A stretch of 64,000 nucleotides of DNA from Nymphaea colorata (taxonomy: Eukaryota), in contig NC_045138.2 of the NCBI RefSeq assembly GCF_008831285.2, positions 29,884,001-29,948,000 of the forward strand, given 5' to 3'. The position numbers and the translations under genes are program-made. The first letter of the stretch is position 1. The number at the start of each line of letters is the position of its first letter. Below, piece after piece: positions 53,336 to 64,000 of this stretch. A model generated the notes under the pieces. That model was not told the origin of the DNA. It ran no database searches and saw only the letters and a program-made list of their open reading frames with translations.

Positions 53336-54540
53336 CACATGAGACCTGATTGGCTTCAGGAGGGTATGGACAGCACAGATCCAAAAGCTCAGCAAAAAAG
53401 AGACGAATCGCAAGTACCAAGGCAATTCCTTGATGGGCCATTTTCAAAGAAGAAAAGGGCCTTTTTTTTTTTGGTCCTCTACGTGACGAGTGCGAATGAC
53501 GGAAATACCCTCGAGCATATTGTGCGAGTGGATCGGACTCATGCGAACTGGATTGAGAAGCTAATTTAGACTAAATGGCAACATATAAAATAACTCTATC
53601 AAACTCACATGTCTACATGAACATGCACACTAAGCCAACCAAAGGACGATAAATCAAGTCCGGTGGGGAGTTTGTATTGATGGATCAATTTAAACAAGGA
53701 TGGTCATTGGTCCTGCTACTTCTTTTTCTTTTGGGTTTCCATATCCAAGTTCGTTTTAGATCCAAACTTGTCATAAGATCCATGGTTTCATTATATGTGC
53801 TTGAAGATTTAAACAAACTCAGAGTGGAGCTGTCGTTTTTTGGGTTGCAAGTGGTTCGTATTTGGTTCGAGTATTTTGTTAAGTTTTACTGCGATCCGAC
53901 AGCCATGCACATCTCTAGCAGGAAGTCAGCTCTGCCTGTCTGCAAATAACTTAGAAAAATAAAAATCTCTATAGACAGATAAACTAACCTAACCTACACA
54001 CAATTTATTGCATATACAGTCTATTCTGTATTTACCCATCTAAGTTGTATTTGACATGATTTGAAGGTGTAACAATGTTCATCACTACTAAAGAACTTTC
54101 AAATCAAATACACATCCGTGTTCTTGGCATAAAAATGTTCTAGTTGGCCTAGCAAATTTGATTCGCTTTCAGACTTTGATTTTTTAGATCACCCATTAGT
54201 ATATGTTAGATCAGCCAATCAAAAGCTAGTCTTTCTTGAACTATTCAAACTTTTTGATTTTTTGATCACCCGTATGCATGTCAGATCATCAAAAGCTAAT
54301 CGTTGTTGAACTAACTGCATCTATACAATTGATTAGAAAAAAAATGCTAAAATTTAATTAATTTGTATGCAGAAAAGATTCCACCTATATATATAAAGGG
54401 TTCACGGGTCGTCATTCTCTTTCTCTATCTCTGTCTGAAATGTGGCGGATATCTTCTTTTTCTGTTTCCGGATCAGTGTACTGAGAGCCACCTTATAAAA
54501 CAGCAGACGGTCCCCTCCATAGAGAGAGGAAGAGAGAGAT

Positions 54541-57500
54541 ATGGTTGTCTCAGAGAAGTCGATGAGCGATCTCGGGGAGGAGTCGCTGGAGTTGGATGAT
54601 CTTTCCCGCTTTCAGAAGTCATTGCAGGTACCTGTACTTCTCCTCTTTCTAGCTTCTTCGCTCCTTATTTCAATCCTTTTCTTCTTCTTCCTTTTGTACC
54701 ATTTTTTCGTCGTCATTTTTGGTCCTGCTTCAAATGGTGCAGGAGCTAAAATCATTGCGACCACAGCTTCACTATGCTGCTGATTACTGTGAGGCTTCAC
54801 TGAGGGAAGCGGCTCAGAAAACTCAGAGAAAGAAGTTGGTTGCCTCCCATCCTTTTCTATCTATCCCGAAATGCAATCACGGCTCCCTCTCTCTCTCTCT
54901 CTCTCTGTCTGTGTTCTAGCTAATCTCATGCTTACTGCAATTAAACAAGATTCACATTGTGTCGTCTACCTCCCACCCCTCTTCATATCAGTGACATTCA
55001 GTTCTTTGTCCTTCATGGATGGTGTCTCCGTTTTATTTCCAGCCTCTGCCTACAACAACGAGATTGGTTTCTCCTAAAAGAACTCACCCTACACCTAGAT
55101 TTCCAGATGCCCATATCATCAAACCCTTATGATGACAACACCAAAAAGGATCTCCACAGTGAGATTACAGACAAAACTCAGATGGCACCTTTCTAACAGA
55201 CTGCCTCTTGATTCAACTGCTCCTAGCTTCTAGTTCCTGCTCCCTTTTTTGTTCTTTTTAGGAGACTGCTACAGTGGTACTTCTCGTAAGCCTTCATTCA
55301 GTGAAGGTCGCCAATGAAAACGACCCCCATAAATGCATCATTACTGCCATTGCCGGAGAGTGTGACATGATAAATGCTTAATTATTTCAACGGCCGGAGT
55401 ATGTTGTATGATCGATGCGTCATTATTTCCACTGCCGGAGAGTCTCGCAGGATATAAACCAATGTGACGGACTCTCTATCTTGAGAGTGGCTCCTCCTCT
55501 GTCCAAAATGAAAAAAAAAAATCTGCAACCATTTACTATGACTACTCCATGTGAAGAAAACATGTGCCCATTTATGTAATTGATTTTGCAGATCCCTCCG
55601 AACATTATGTGTTACCGAAGCATCTAAAAACTGTAATGTAATGTCATGTGGGTGTTGTGGCAATACGATCTGTCTTGCTGTTTCCTGTATTTTTTTAGCA
55701 TTCATAAACTAATATCTATATAGGATGGGGATTATATCTAAATATATATGAATAAATTGCTTGGAAGGGCATTGGAGAATGCGAAGGAATACATAGGGAA
55801 GGCGGTCGTGACAACCATTGATCATCTGGGAAGCGTCTCGGCGAACCTGGAATCCCTTCTCTGTCTCAGCTTGGGCGAGATCTCAAGGGTGGAGCTAAGA
55901 ATCGACTGTTTGAAACAGGTGCGCCTCGCACTTCTCCTTTTCCCGTGACGCCCGTTACGCGTTCTTTCCTGTTCCCGAATAGCAGTAAAACTTCATACAA
56001 ATCCTCTTTAGAGCAAGAAGACAGGGAGCCATGGCCTGTCCAATGTCTGTACAAAAGTACCCATGAAATAAGGCTGCCCATCTGATCATGCTTGTGCATT
56101 ACGAGGACGGGTAGGCCTACCTTTACAGGTGAATGTTGCCTAATCTCTCACTCGGTATCGTCCACCATGAACATGGATGGTAGCAGGAAAGCGCCCTTCT
56201 GATCTTCAAATGCACAAGTCCTCCTATTAGTTTTTGCTTTGTGGTAACTTTGGTGTGCCCATTGCTCGAGGAGCCGCAACTGGACGGCAGTATGGCTCAT
56301 ACGCAAGGGGTGTAAAGTGTAAAGTTCGAATACTGTGGTCACCATCACATTAACCACAATCACATTGCAGACTGCAGTATGTTATTTTGGGTGCTGTGAA
56401 TGATGGTAAACTCTACATTCGAGTTGAACTGAATCATGTACTCTAAGCCAATTAATTCATGCTTCAAAGTAAGCTAAAATCTTAAAAATCACTCATACAG
56501 CTATAACATTAAACGGTTTCCTTTAAGTAAACATTAGAAAAAAAACTTTGAGGTGCCCATTATACATTTAATTACTACGAGTCGCCATATTGCTAAATTG
56601 TGGAGTAAGGTTTTCACATCATCTTATAGTTCACTATATAATCACACATGTAATCGATGTATATATATATATATATGTTATATATATATATATACATCGA
56701 TTACATGTGTGATTGACAGAACCATCCGAACGAAGGATGTTATATATATATATATATATACATATACATCGATTACATGTGTGATTGACAGAACCATCCG
56801 AACGAAGGATGTTTGACTCGCTGTCACAAAATGTAGACCCAATGCCTCCATGTTACCGTTGAATGTGGTTCAACTCCATGGACCGCATTTGTCATCCGCG
56901 TTCCTGGGATGCTAGGAACATTGTGTCCCGTTCCTCTAGTATATATACGTTTGAGCCCGGAACGTGTTGGGATGTTTGAAATTACAAATATGCCCTCAGG
57001 AAGTGAAAAAGGGAAAAGCCCCCTAAACGTCTTCACTGGCTCTCCTGTGCCTTAGCTTAGGTTCCGTGAAATGAGATAATAAATGTCCACCTGTGGGCCC
57101 CACCAATTTTAGATGACCTTTTATTGAACTTTAGTGCCTTGAGGCTTGCTTTCAAAACGGTCCTGGCTTTTTGCTGGAGTCCACTGTTTGATCGTTGTGC
57201 TCTTTTAAAAAAAGTTTGTGATTTTTTATATCTAAAGACTAAAAGCTTAGATCTGAAAGGCTTAGTTTTGGAAGCACTGTTGTCTTTGTCCTATCGTATC
57301 GAGTTGATACAAGCTCCTTACTTAAGATATCTTTTTTTTTTTCTCTAAATTATTCTTAAATAGAAAGGGAAAAATTAAAGAATTACGAATATAGATTGTT
57401 AATTAGTTCGCGACGGCCGAGGAGCTAACCACTTGTTTTGAATACAAATGCTAATTGGTATCTGTAACATGCGTTGCAGAGACTTCTCACATGTGAACAG

Positions 57501-59286
57501 TACAGTCAGAGAGAAGGACTTGCTAAGCAATGGTGGAATATGCCTTTGGCAAATCATCATAGACGTTATGTGGTCGCTGGTAATCTTTTACATCCTTCTG
57601 TAGCCTGATTTTTATGATCTGCTGAATGCTAATTCTAATGGAGGAAGGAAGAAATGACTGAACTGGTTTTAATGGAGGAAGAGAAAACCTGAAAAAAGAG
57701 CATCAGGACCAATGTAGCATACTGCATCTTATTATGAGTAAAATTCTTTGGAGGATTTAAAAGCTGAATAGTTGATTAAATCTTCACCTCAACAGGCAAA
57801 GTTGCGAGATCAAATGAAGATGTGGGGTACTTCTCTAGTCTGCACCTTTGAATTCTTCCCTTCTTTTCTTCTCTTTTGAATTTCAGTCGGTGTTTTTCTG
57901 TATCCGGGGTTAGGCAGATCTTTGTCAGACCCTTTTTGAAATATTGAACTCTAGACCTCCTTCAACGCGAAGGTTGTAACTTTAAGATGATCCATAGTCA
58001 CATTCTGGGGCGAAGCCAGGAGTTTTTCATGAATAGGACTGAATTCTGGTTTTAAAATGTTGACATAGACCGAAATGTCATTTTTCAAAATTTTTATATA
58101 GGATACATGAAGTTTTTTGAAATTTATATGTAAATTTTAATTTTTTTTACCCCCTCTTTGGCTTCTCCCCTAGTCACATTTGCAGCATTTTCGTCGGGAG
58201 TTTGACTAAGTACATATGTTCATAGATTTGCCTAAGGACTATTGGATGAAATTGTTTTAGCTGACACTCTCTTTATTTATCCTTTTCTCTCTGTCTAAGC
58301 AGGACAAAGGCCACCCTTCCACTTGCTTCCTCATGTTCTATAGGTAAGTCTCAAGCATATGTCCATTTCCTCTTCCCACATGGCCTGCCTTTTGTACTCC
58401 ACTAGGCATGGAGTTCATGAACTTCCTTCACGATTGGAGATCAAAGAACTCTTTCATAATCTGAGTTCACAAACTTGGTGTGGTTTGTGTACTCCACTAA
58501 GCATGGAGTTCATGAACTTCCTTCACGATTGGAGATCAAAGAACTCTTTCATAATCTGAGTTCACAAACTTGGTGTGGTTTGTATCCCGGTTTATTATGA
58601 CATGAGCATCTTAAATGCCTGTGTGATAATTCTTCTGTCTCCTTTCATGGTAGGCTTTGAGTTTTCTGCTTTGCTGCCGAAGATCGAAAACCAGCCACTG
58701 CTGATGAAGTCTGGGAGCACCACTTCTCTCAGATCACATCCTCAGACATGGGAGGTTTGTTCTTTTTTTCTTCCTTCATGGCAACCTTTCATTTTTCCAA
58801 TTCACAAGGAAATTGATGGGAGAAAAAGAAGCAAAAATCTGCTGCATTTGAAGAGACAAAAGAATGGCATTTTCCACATTAAATATATACTTGAAATTGT
58901 ATAAATTATCTATAAATGTCGGGTTATGGCAATTTAAAGATCGATATGTACCAGATAATCACAGTTCAATTGTGATCGAATCTACTTAGGAGTTTGTCAT
59001 TTTAAGGGTATTTGAACATTAGATTGCAGATAGAACTTTATTTAGATATCATCCATCCAAATCTGCCTCTTGAAAGACCAAAGATGCATGTGTTTTGATA
59101 TGATTTAGTCCGAAAGAGATCGTCGATATAAAGCACCTCCTTTTGGTGTGTTTCTTTGCTAACATATCCTTGATTTTCATAATTTCCTTCTGTTGGCAGC
59201 AAGGAATTGAAATGTTTGAAGATCAGCCCAAGAAATCAGGGGAGAGCAGGCGACATAGAAAGCTTCTAGTTCTTCCTTGGAAGTAG
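54541..59286 (+). CDS. ABIL: ABIL (Abl-interactor-like, SCAR/WAVE complex) family protein, short ABIL5-like form
   Basis: Exons ~54541-54627 (..RFQKSLQ), ~54743-54824 (ELKSLRPQLHYAADYCE), ~55768-55918 (LENAKEYIGKAVVTTIDHLGSVSANL..VELRIDCLKQ), ~57479-57579 (RLLTCEQYSQREGL..HHRRY), small exons at ~57796, ~58303 and ~58653, last exon ~59200-59286. N-terminal motifs are typical of ABIL; the 3' exons are less certain. Confidence 0.8.
56640..56812. repeat. TA-centred palindrome plus direct duplication in an ABIL intron
   Basis: AATCACACATGTAATCGATGTA...(TA)n...TACATCGATTACATGTGTGATT, then a second copy of TACATCGATTACATGTGTGATTGACAGAACCATCCGAACGAAGGATGTT. Confidence 0.9.
58005..58172. mobile_element. 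hAT-type MITE with perfect 8-bp TSD in an ABIL intron
   Basis: TIRs CTGGGGCGAAGCC / GGCTTCTCCCCTA, flanked by GTCACATT at 57997-58004 and 58173-58180. Confidence 0.85.
58393..58583. repeat. 95-bp tandem duplication in an ABIL intron
   Basis: TGTACTCCACTA(G/A)GCATGGAGTTCATG...TGGTGTGGTTTG repeated at 58393 and 58488. Confidence 0.95.
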
Positions 59287-59724
59287 AAAACGATGTTCTC
59301 CTTTACTTCTTTGGCGCTATGTTTAAAATATTTGTCATATTATGGATGTATGAGTGAATATTGGAGGGTTCTACAGCGGTTGAATTAGTGAAATTTTGCT
59401 ATTATAAAAGGAACATTTGATGATCTTTTGATGTAATTATATGATTTATTTATGTGGCGTTGGCACCGAATCGGATTTGAGTTAGTTCTGGTTCAATTTA
59501 TATTCATTGATTACCTTCATTGGCTGGATCCCAGCAAAACCAATTTTTTTGGGTTTTGGATCTTGCAAACCTTTTTCTTTGAAAGTTGAAACCTGCACCA
59601 AAAAAAAAAATCTCTTCACCAAGATTTTGGCAGTTAGAACAATTGACATGGTGTCTTTTTTAAAGTTTATTTCACCACTTTCTTTGGACAATTTAGGTCC
59701 GCATAAATTCATCTTTAAAATAGA

Positions 59725-59900
59725 CCTGGGCATCAGGCGGCTGGCTGGCTCAGCCCGATAAGAGCCCAAAACCGGAGCCTGAGCCCTACCTGATGCTCGA
59801 GCCTGGTTTCGGTCCGATTAAAATAAAAAAATAATTTTTAAATATAAATTATATTTTTAATAATAAAAAATATATTATTATTAAATAAAATTTAAAAAAT
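59725..59900. mobile_element. MITE remnant related to the 31030 element
   Basis: GGGCATC..GGCTCAGCCCGA..GAGCCC..CCGATTAAAA followed by an AT-rich block. Confidence 0.45.
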
Positions 59901-60172
59901 TGTAACACAATTGTTGCCAAACACCATGGGATATGAAAACTTTTTACCTTAAAAAATATCAAAATACCCTTCCATTAAAGCATGAGAACATACAGTCCCA
60001 TATTAAGAGAACATGGAAAGCACATCTCCAACCAGCCTCTTTTCGCTGTCCGACCAACTATTCTGTGTTCTCTGTTCAGCCTTTTAGGTTGTATCTGTTT
60101 CGCTGTAGATCTCATATTCACGTTGATCAGATCCATAATTTAAGGTCAGGTCAGGTAATTATCTATTCGAGC

Positions 60173-60348
60173 TTAAATCCATGGTTTTAAGATTAGCATG
60201 AATTTGATATGCGATCCTCAATTTAACCCAAAACACACATGGGCTATCGAACACAAACTTTAAATCCATGGTTTTAAGATTAGCATGAATTTAATATGCG
60301 ATCCTCAATTTAACCCAAAACACACATGGGCTATCAAACACAAACTTT
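60173..60348. repeat. 87-bp tandem duplication upstream of eIF3L
   Basis: TTAAATCCATGGTTTTAAGATTAGCATG...CACAAACT at 60173 and 60260. Confidence 0.95.
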
Positions 60349-60735
60349 AAAAGACAATTTTTTTTTTTAAAAAAAAGTAATTGTTCTCATGAAAGATTTC
60401 CACACTTATTCGTCCATCAAACACTCTTTAAGCAGGGCCTAGGTGCAATTGCATGAGATTATTCCTAGAATTTTGAGGGGAGAAAATATTCATGTCTTGG
60501 GCGTTTGAGTCTTTGTACCGACGAACACATTTGTCCGAATGAAAATAGGATGTAGAACGCGTGGTGGACCTGAGGGGCGCGTGTTAGACGCCGAACATAT
60601 TATCGTTCCCACAAACTTGAGAAAAATAGAGAGCTTTCAAGACGAGGGGTCAGATGAGAAAAATGAAAAATGGAAGGCGTGTATGAGATTGCAGCCTAGA
60701 TGTTGGACTGATTGAGAACATTTTTCCTGGGGGAA

Positions 60736-60744
60736 AAACCCTAA
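60736..60744 (+). promoter_or_regulatory. Telo-box
   Basis: AAACCCTAA ~110 nt upstream of the eIF3L ATG. Telo-boxes are typical of plant translation-machinery genes. Confidence 0.6.
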
Positions 60745-60853
60745 CGTCATCGGACTGCTTTGCGGGTTGGGGCTTCCTGGTGCTTCCTCTTCCTCTTCTT
60801 CCCTCTCTCTGTGTCTCTCCCTCTGTCATCGTCATCCAATCGAGCGGGCGGAA

Positions 60854-62419
60854 ATGGCGTACGAGAGCAGCGGAGGCTACGGGAGGGACTACGACGACGT
60901 GTACGACGACGGGGTGGGGATTCCGTCGTCGCAGCAGGATGCCTCCTCCTACGACCCATCGTACGTTCCCGACGCCGTCCGGACGTTCGTCGTGATACTG
61001 TATCGCCACATCAGGGAGAAGAACGTCTATGAGATCCACCAGATGTACGAGGGGAGCTTCCAGAAGCTGAGCGAACGGATGTTCAGGGAGACGCCGTGGC
61101 CGGCCGTCGAGGCCATCGCCCCCTTCGTCGACAACGACCACGTCTTCTGCCTACTCTACCAGGAGATGTGGTTCCGCCACCTCTACGCTCGTCTGTCGCC
61201 GACGCCCCGCCAGCGCGTCGACTCCTGGGACAATTACTGCAGCCTCTTCCAGGTCGTGCTCCATGGCGTCGTCAACATGCAGCTTCCCAACCAGTGGCTC
61301 TGGGACATGATCGACGAGTTCATCTACCAGTTCCAGTCCTTCTGCCAGTACCGTGCCAAGCTCAAGAGCAAGACTGAACATGAGATCGCCCTCCTGAAGC
61401 AGTTTGATCAGGTCAGGCTCCGTCGCCCCTTCTCTGCCATTTGCTAGTTTAATTCATTGTTTTCAGAACATTTTTGTTTTTTTAACTCATGCGTAGAAGG
61501 GTCAGGAACTTGGTGGCTAATGTTATTTTTGAGGGGCAAGGCTGGTTTAATGGTGAATAAGTTTATTTATAGGAAAAAACGTGTTGGAGCATTTGTTTAT
61601 CTCATTTGGGTTGCTTTTCGATCAGAGGTGTTGTGGGTGAGTTTTAGTGGATTATCATTTCCAGTTACTTGAATTGTTCTGGAAGCTTGGTATGGTTGGG
61701 TGAATGGTTTCGAGTTGGGTTCCCGTTTCCTTTTTCTTCCTTTCCCTGTCTTTCCTTCTTCCTTTTAGTGACTTTTGTTTGCATTATGGAATTGATTAAT
61801 TCATTGAGTGAATCAGAGGTCCACATTGGCTAGGGATTATTTCCTCATGCTGTTTTTAGTTTAGTCATGCCTCCTTTTTAAGTCGTATGACGGTATGAGA
61901 TTGGTGGATAAAATATGTTGACGTTCATCTGATAATGGCACGTGGAAGAGTGTGCTTGATCTGTAATTCATCGTCAGTTATTATTGCCGCCTACCATAGC
62001 TGAATCCGACATTGTGCTGTCTGCCTTGCCAATTGAGAGCCCATCTTTGGGTTATCTGATTATGATTGTTCTTTTTGAATTTTTCAGGCATGGAACGTTT
62101 ATGGAGTTCTTAACTTTTTGCAAGCTCTGGTTGAGAAATCCAATATCATAAATATATTGGAAAGTGAAAAGGCTGGCCTAGAACAGTTCACTGCTACGGA
62201 TGGGTATGATTACAGTGGTGGAAGCAATGTCCTTAAGGTGCTGGGCTATTTCAGCATAGTGGGGTTGCTCCGAGTCCACTGCCTTCTCGGTGATTATAGC
62301 ACTGGTCTTAAATGTTTGACACCCATTGATATCAGTCAGAGTGGTGTTTATACATCTGTTATTGGAAGCCATATAACTACAATTTATCATTATGGCTTTG
62401 CAAACCTCATGTTGCGGAG
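60854..62419 (+). CDS. eIF3L: Eukaryotic translation initiation factor 3 subunit L (5' part; continues beyond the window)
   Basis: Exon 60854-61411 (..YRHIREKNVYEIHQMYE..LYQEMWFRHLYARL..LPNQWLWDMIDEFIYQFQSFCQYR) and exon 62088-62419 (AWNVYGVLNFLQAL..LGYFSIVGLLRVHCLLGDY..YHYGFANLMLRR). Confidence 0.95.
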
Positions 62420-63563
62420 GTAAGTTCACATATTCCTCTTTATTTTGTGCTATTGTTAGTATGTGAGTATTTTTTGGTTAGGGCTTTTGTATCTGCAGCT
62501 ATGGTTTTTATCTTTTCATGTTTTGAGACCAATGAGATGACAGATAAGATAAGTTTTTTATCTTTTCCTTTTCTGAGATCAAGAAGATACATACTATGAG
62601 TCTATGACTGTTATCCTGAGATATATTTTGCACCTCCATGGAAAGAATTATAGGTCATAGGCCTTGAGTGGGTTTACTCTACTTACAATTGATGGAAGGT
62701 GGTTGGGTGTTGAATGTTACCGTCTTCTCTTAAAAAACGTAACTGTATAAGACCAAATTGCTGACAATTTGCCTAATTGTAAAACTTTGTGTTCAATGAG
62801 TGGCATGACATAACTACATAATCAACGATGTCAGCAAGGGCTTTGGATTTGGGTCCAGGGATTCTAACCTTACCTTGGTGAACAAGCCACTGCCCATTTC
62901 ATGCAACGATTATTTACAGGCTCCCTGATGTATGAACTATGAAGTATAGTAATTTTTGTCATGGTCAGGGACTTGAGGGAAGATTCTCCGAAATTAGCCA
63001 TGCTGTTGAGTATTGATTGGTCATCCTTTTCTATTGCATCAGTAATTGCACACCAGGGACAAGTTGTTTCTAAAATTTGTGTGATTGGTGCAATGTCCTG
63101 TTTATATGTTTCATCGTTCAGATTGCTTGCGTTCACTTAGATGTGTGTCTAATTCATCTGACACATCTTCATGGATGTTTGAATTCGTGACTGATTCTTC
63201 AGTAGGAGCTCTTTCATGTGCTATCTGGGTGAGGGTATTGCAGAAGTGGTGTGAGGTTGGTGTCCGGACCATGCCCATCACAAGACATTTAGTAAGAGCC
63301 TTCTAGTGGTGGAGCTTGTCCTTCTATTTGCTCCCTTATAATGCTTTTGGTTGCATACACATAGCTTTTGGTTCGTTTGTTATGATCATAATTTCTGTAG
63401 TGGAAAGCAGATTAGGCAGGTAGCAACCCTTAAGTCATCATTCCTTGTCACATAAGGCACCAATTTCACACCTGAAAATATGGCCTAGAAAATAGAAACA
63501 GTGATTCGATATCAATGTCATTTGTTTGATCCACCAGTGAATATGACATCTCCAGAAAGAAAG

Positions 63564-63639
63564 CTATGTCACATGGGTGTGGGGTATGAGTGCGGGATGC
63601 GGCAAATTCCAAAAAAAAAAAGGGTGTAAGTGCGGCAAG

Positions 63640-63680
<41 letters not shown>

Positions 63681-63950
63681 GATTTTTGAACTTTTTTTTT
63701 GAAGGTTACCTTAATCTCATATAAAATTCAAGGATTTATTAAATAAAATAGAGGAGGGGAGAGAGATAAGAGGGAAAAAGGAAGAGGGAAGGATAAGAGA
63801 AGGAAAAAGTTGGAAATGAACAAGAGAAAATGAGAGCGGGTGTGGTCAGCAGCACCCGATTTAGTTTCACCGAGTCAGGTGCTGTGTTGGGCTGCACCCG
63901 CACCCGAGTTGACTCGGGTGCACAACCATCTTTGGTGCACCCATATCACC
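63564..63950. mobile_element. MITE of the TGTCACA/GCACCCG family in eIF3L intron 2
   Basis: Starts CTATGTCACATGGGTGTGGGG; GCACCCGCACCCGAG motifs near the right end; contains (CA)n(TA)n. Confidence 0.55.
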
Positions 63951-64000
63951 ATATGCAAAGTTAAACCACAAAATATCCTAAAATGAAAGTGGATTCAGGT

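Noticed and set aside
60650..61381. Overlapping and antisense ORFs at eIF3L exon 1
   Set aside because: Expected shadow ORFs of a GC3-rich exon.
1..64000. tRNA, rRNA, autonomous transposon or LTR retrotransposon ORFs
   Set aside because: None recognised; no long transposase or pol ORF appears in the ORF track.

Overview
Gene-dense flowering-plant nuclear DNA with spliceosomal introns, (TA)n microsatellites and many MITEs; the species cannot be fixed from the sequence alone. Left to right: the 5' end of an unidentified minus-strand gene; CURT1C-like thylakoid curvature protein (-); a disabled ~1.55 kb inverted copy of the 3' part of the TOM1-like gene (+); organellar protein-only RNase P PRORP1 (+); intact TOL9-like VHS-GAT gene (-); two tandem HOL-type thiol/halide methyltransferases (-); a conserved plant multi-pass membrane protein (+); an ABIL-family gene (+); and the 5' part of eIF3L (+). 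The main leads are (1) the HOL pair, in which one copy keeps an open N-terminal extension and a C-terminal PTS1-like SRM, while the other has an in-frame stop in the extension, no PTS1, a 38-aa N-terminal duplication and a GC-AG intron, and (2) the inverted TOL9 duplication bracketing PRORP1, with patchy identity suggesting gene conversion. I found no prokaryote-type system and no clearly new gene family. Exon boundaries were read by eye and may be off by a few bases.
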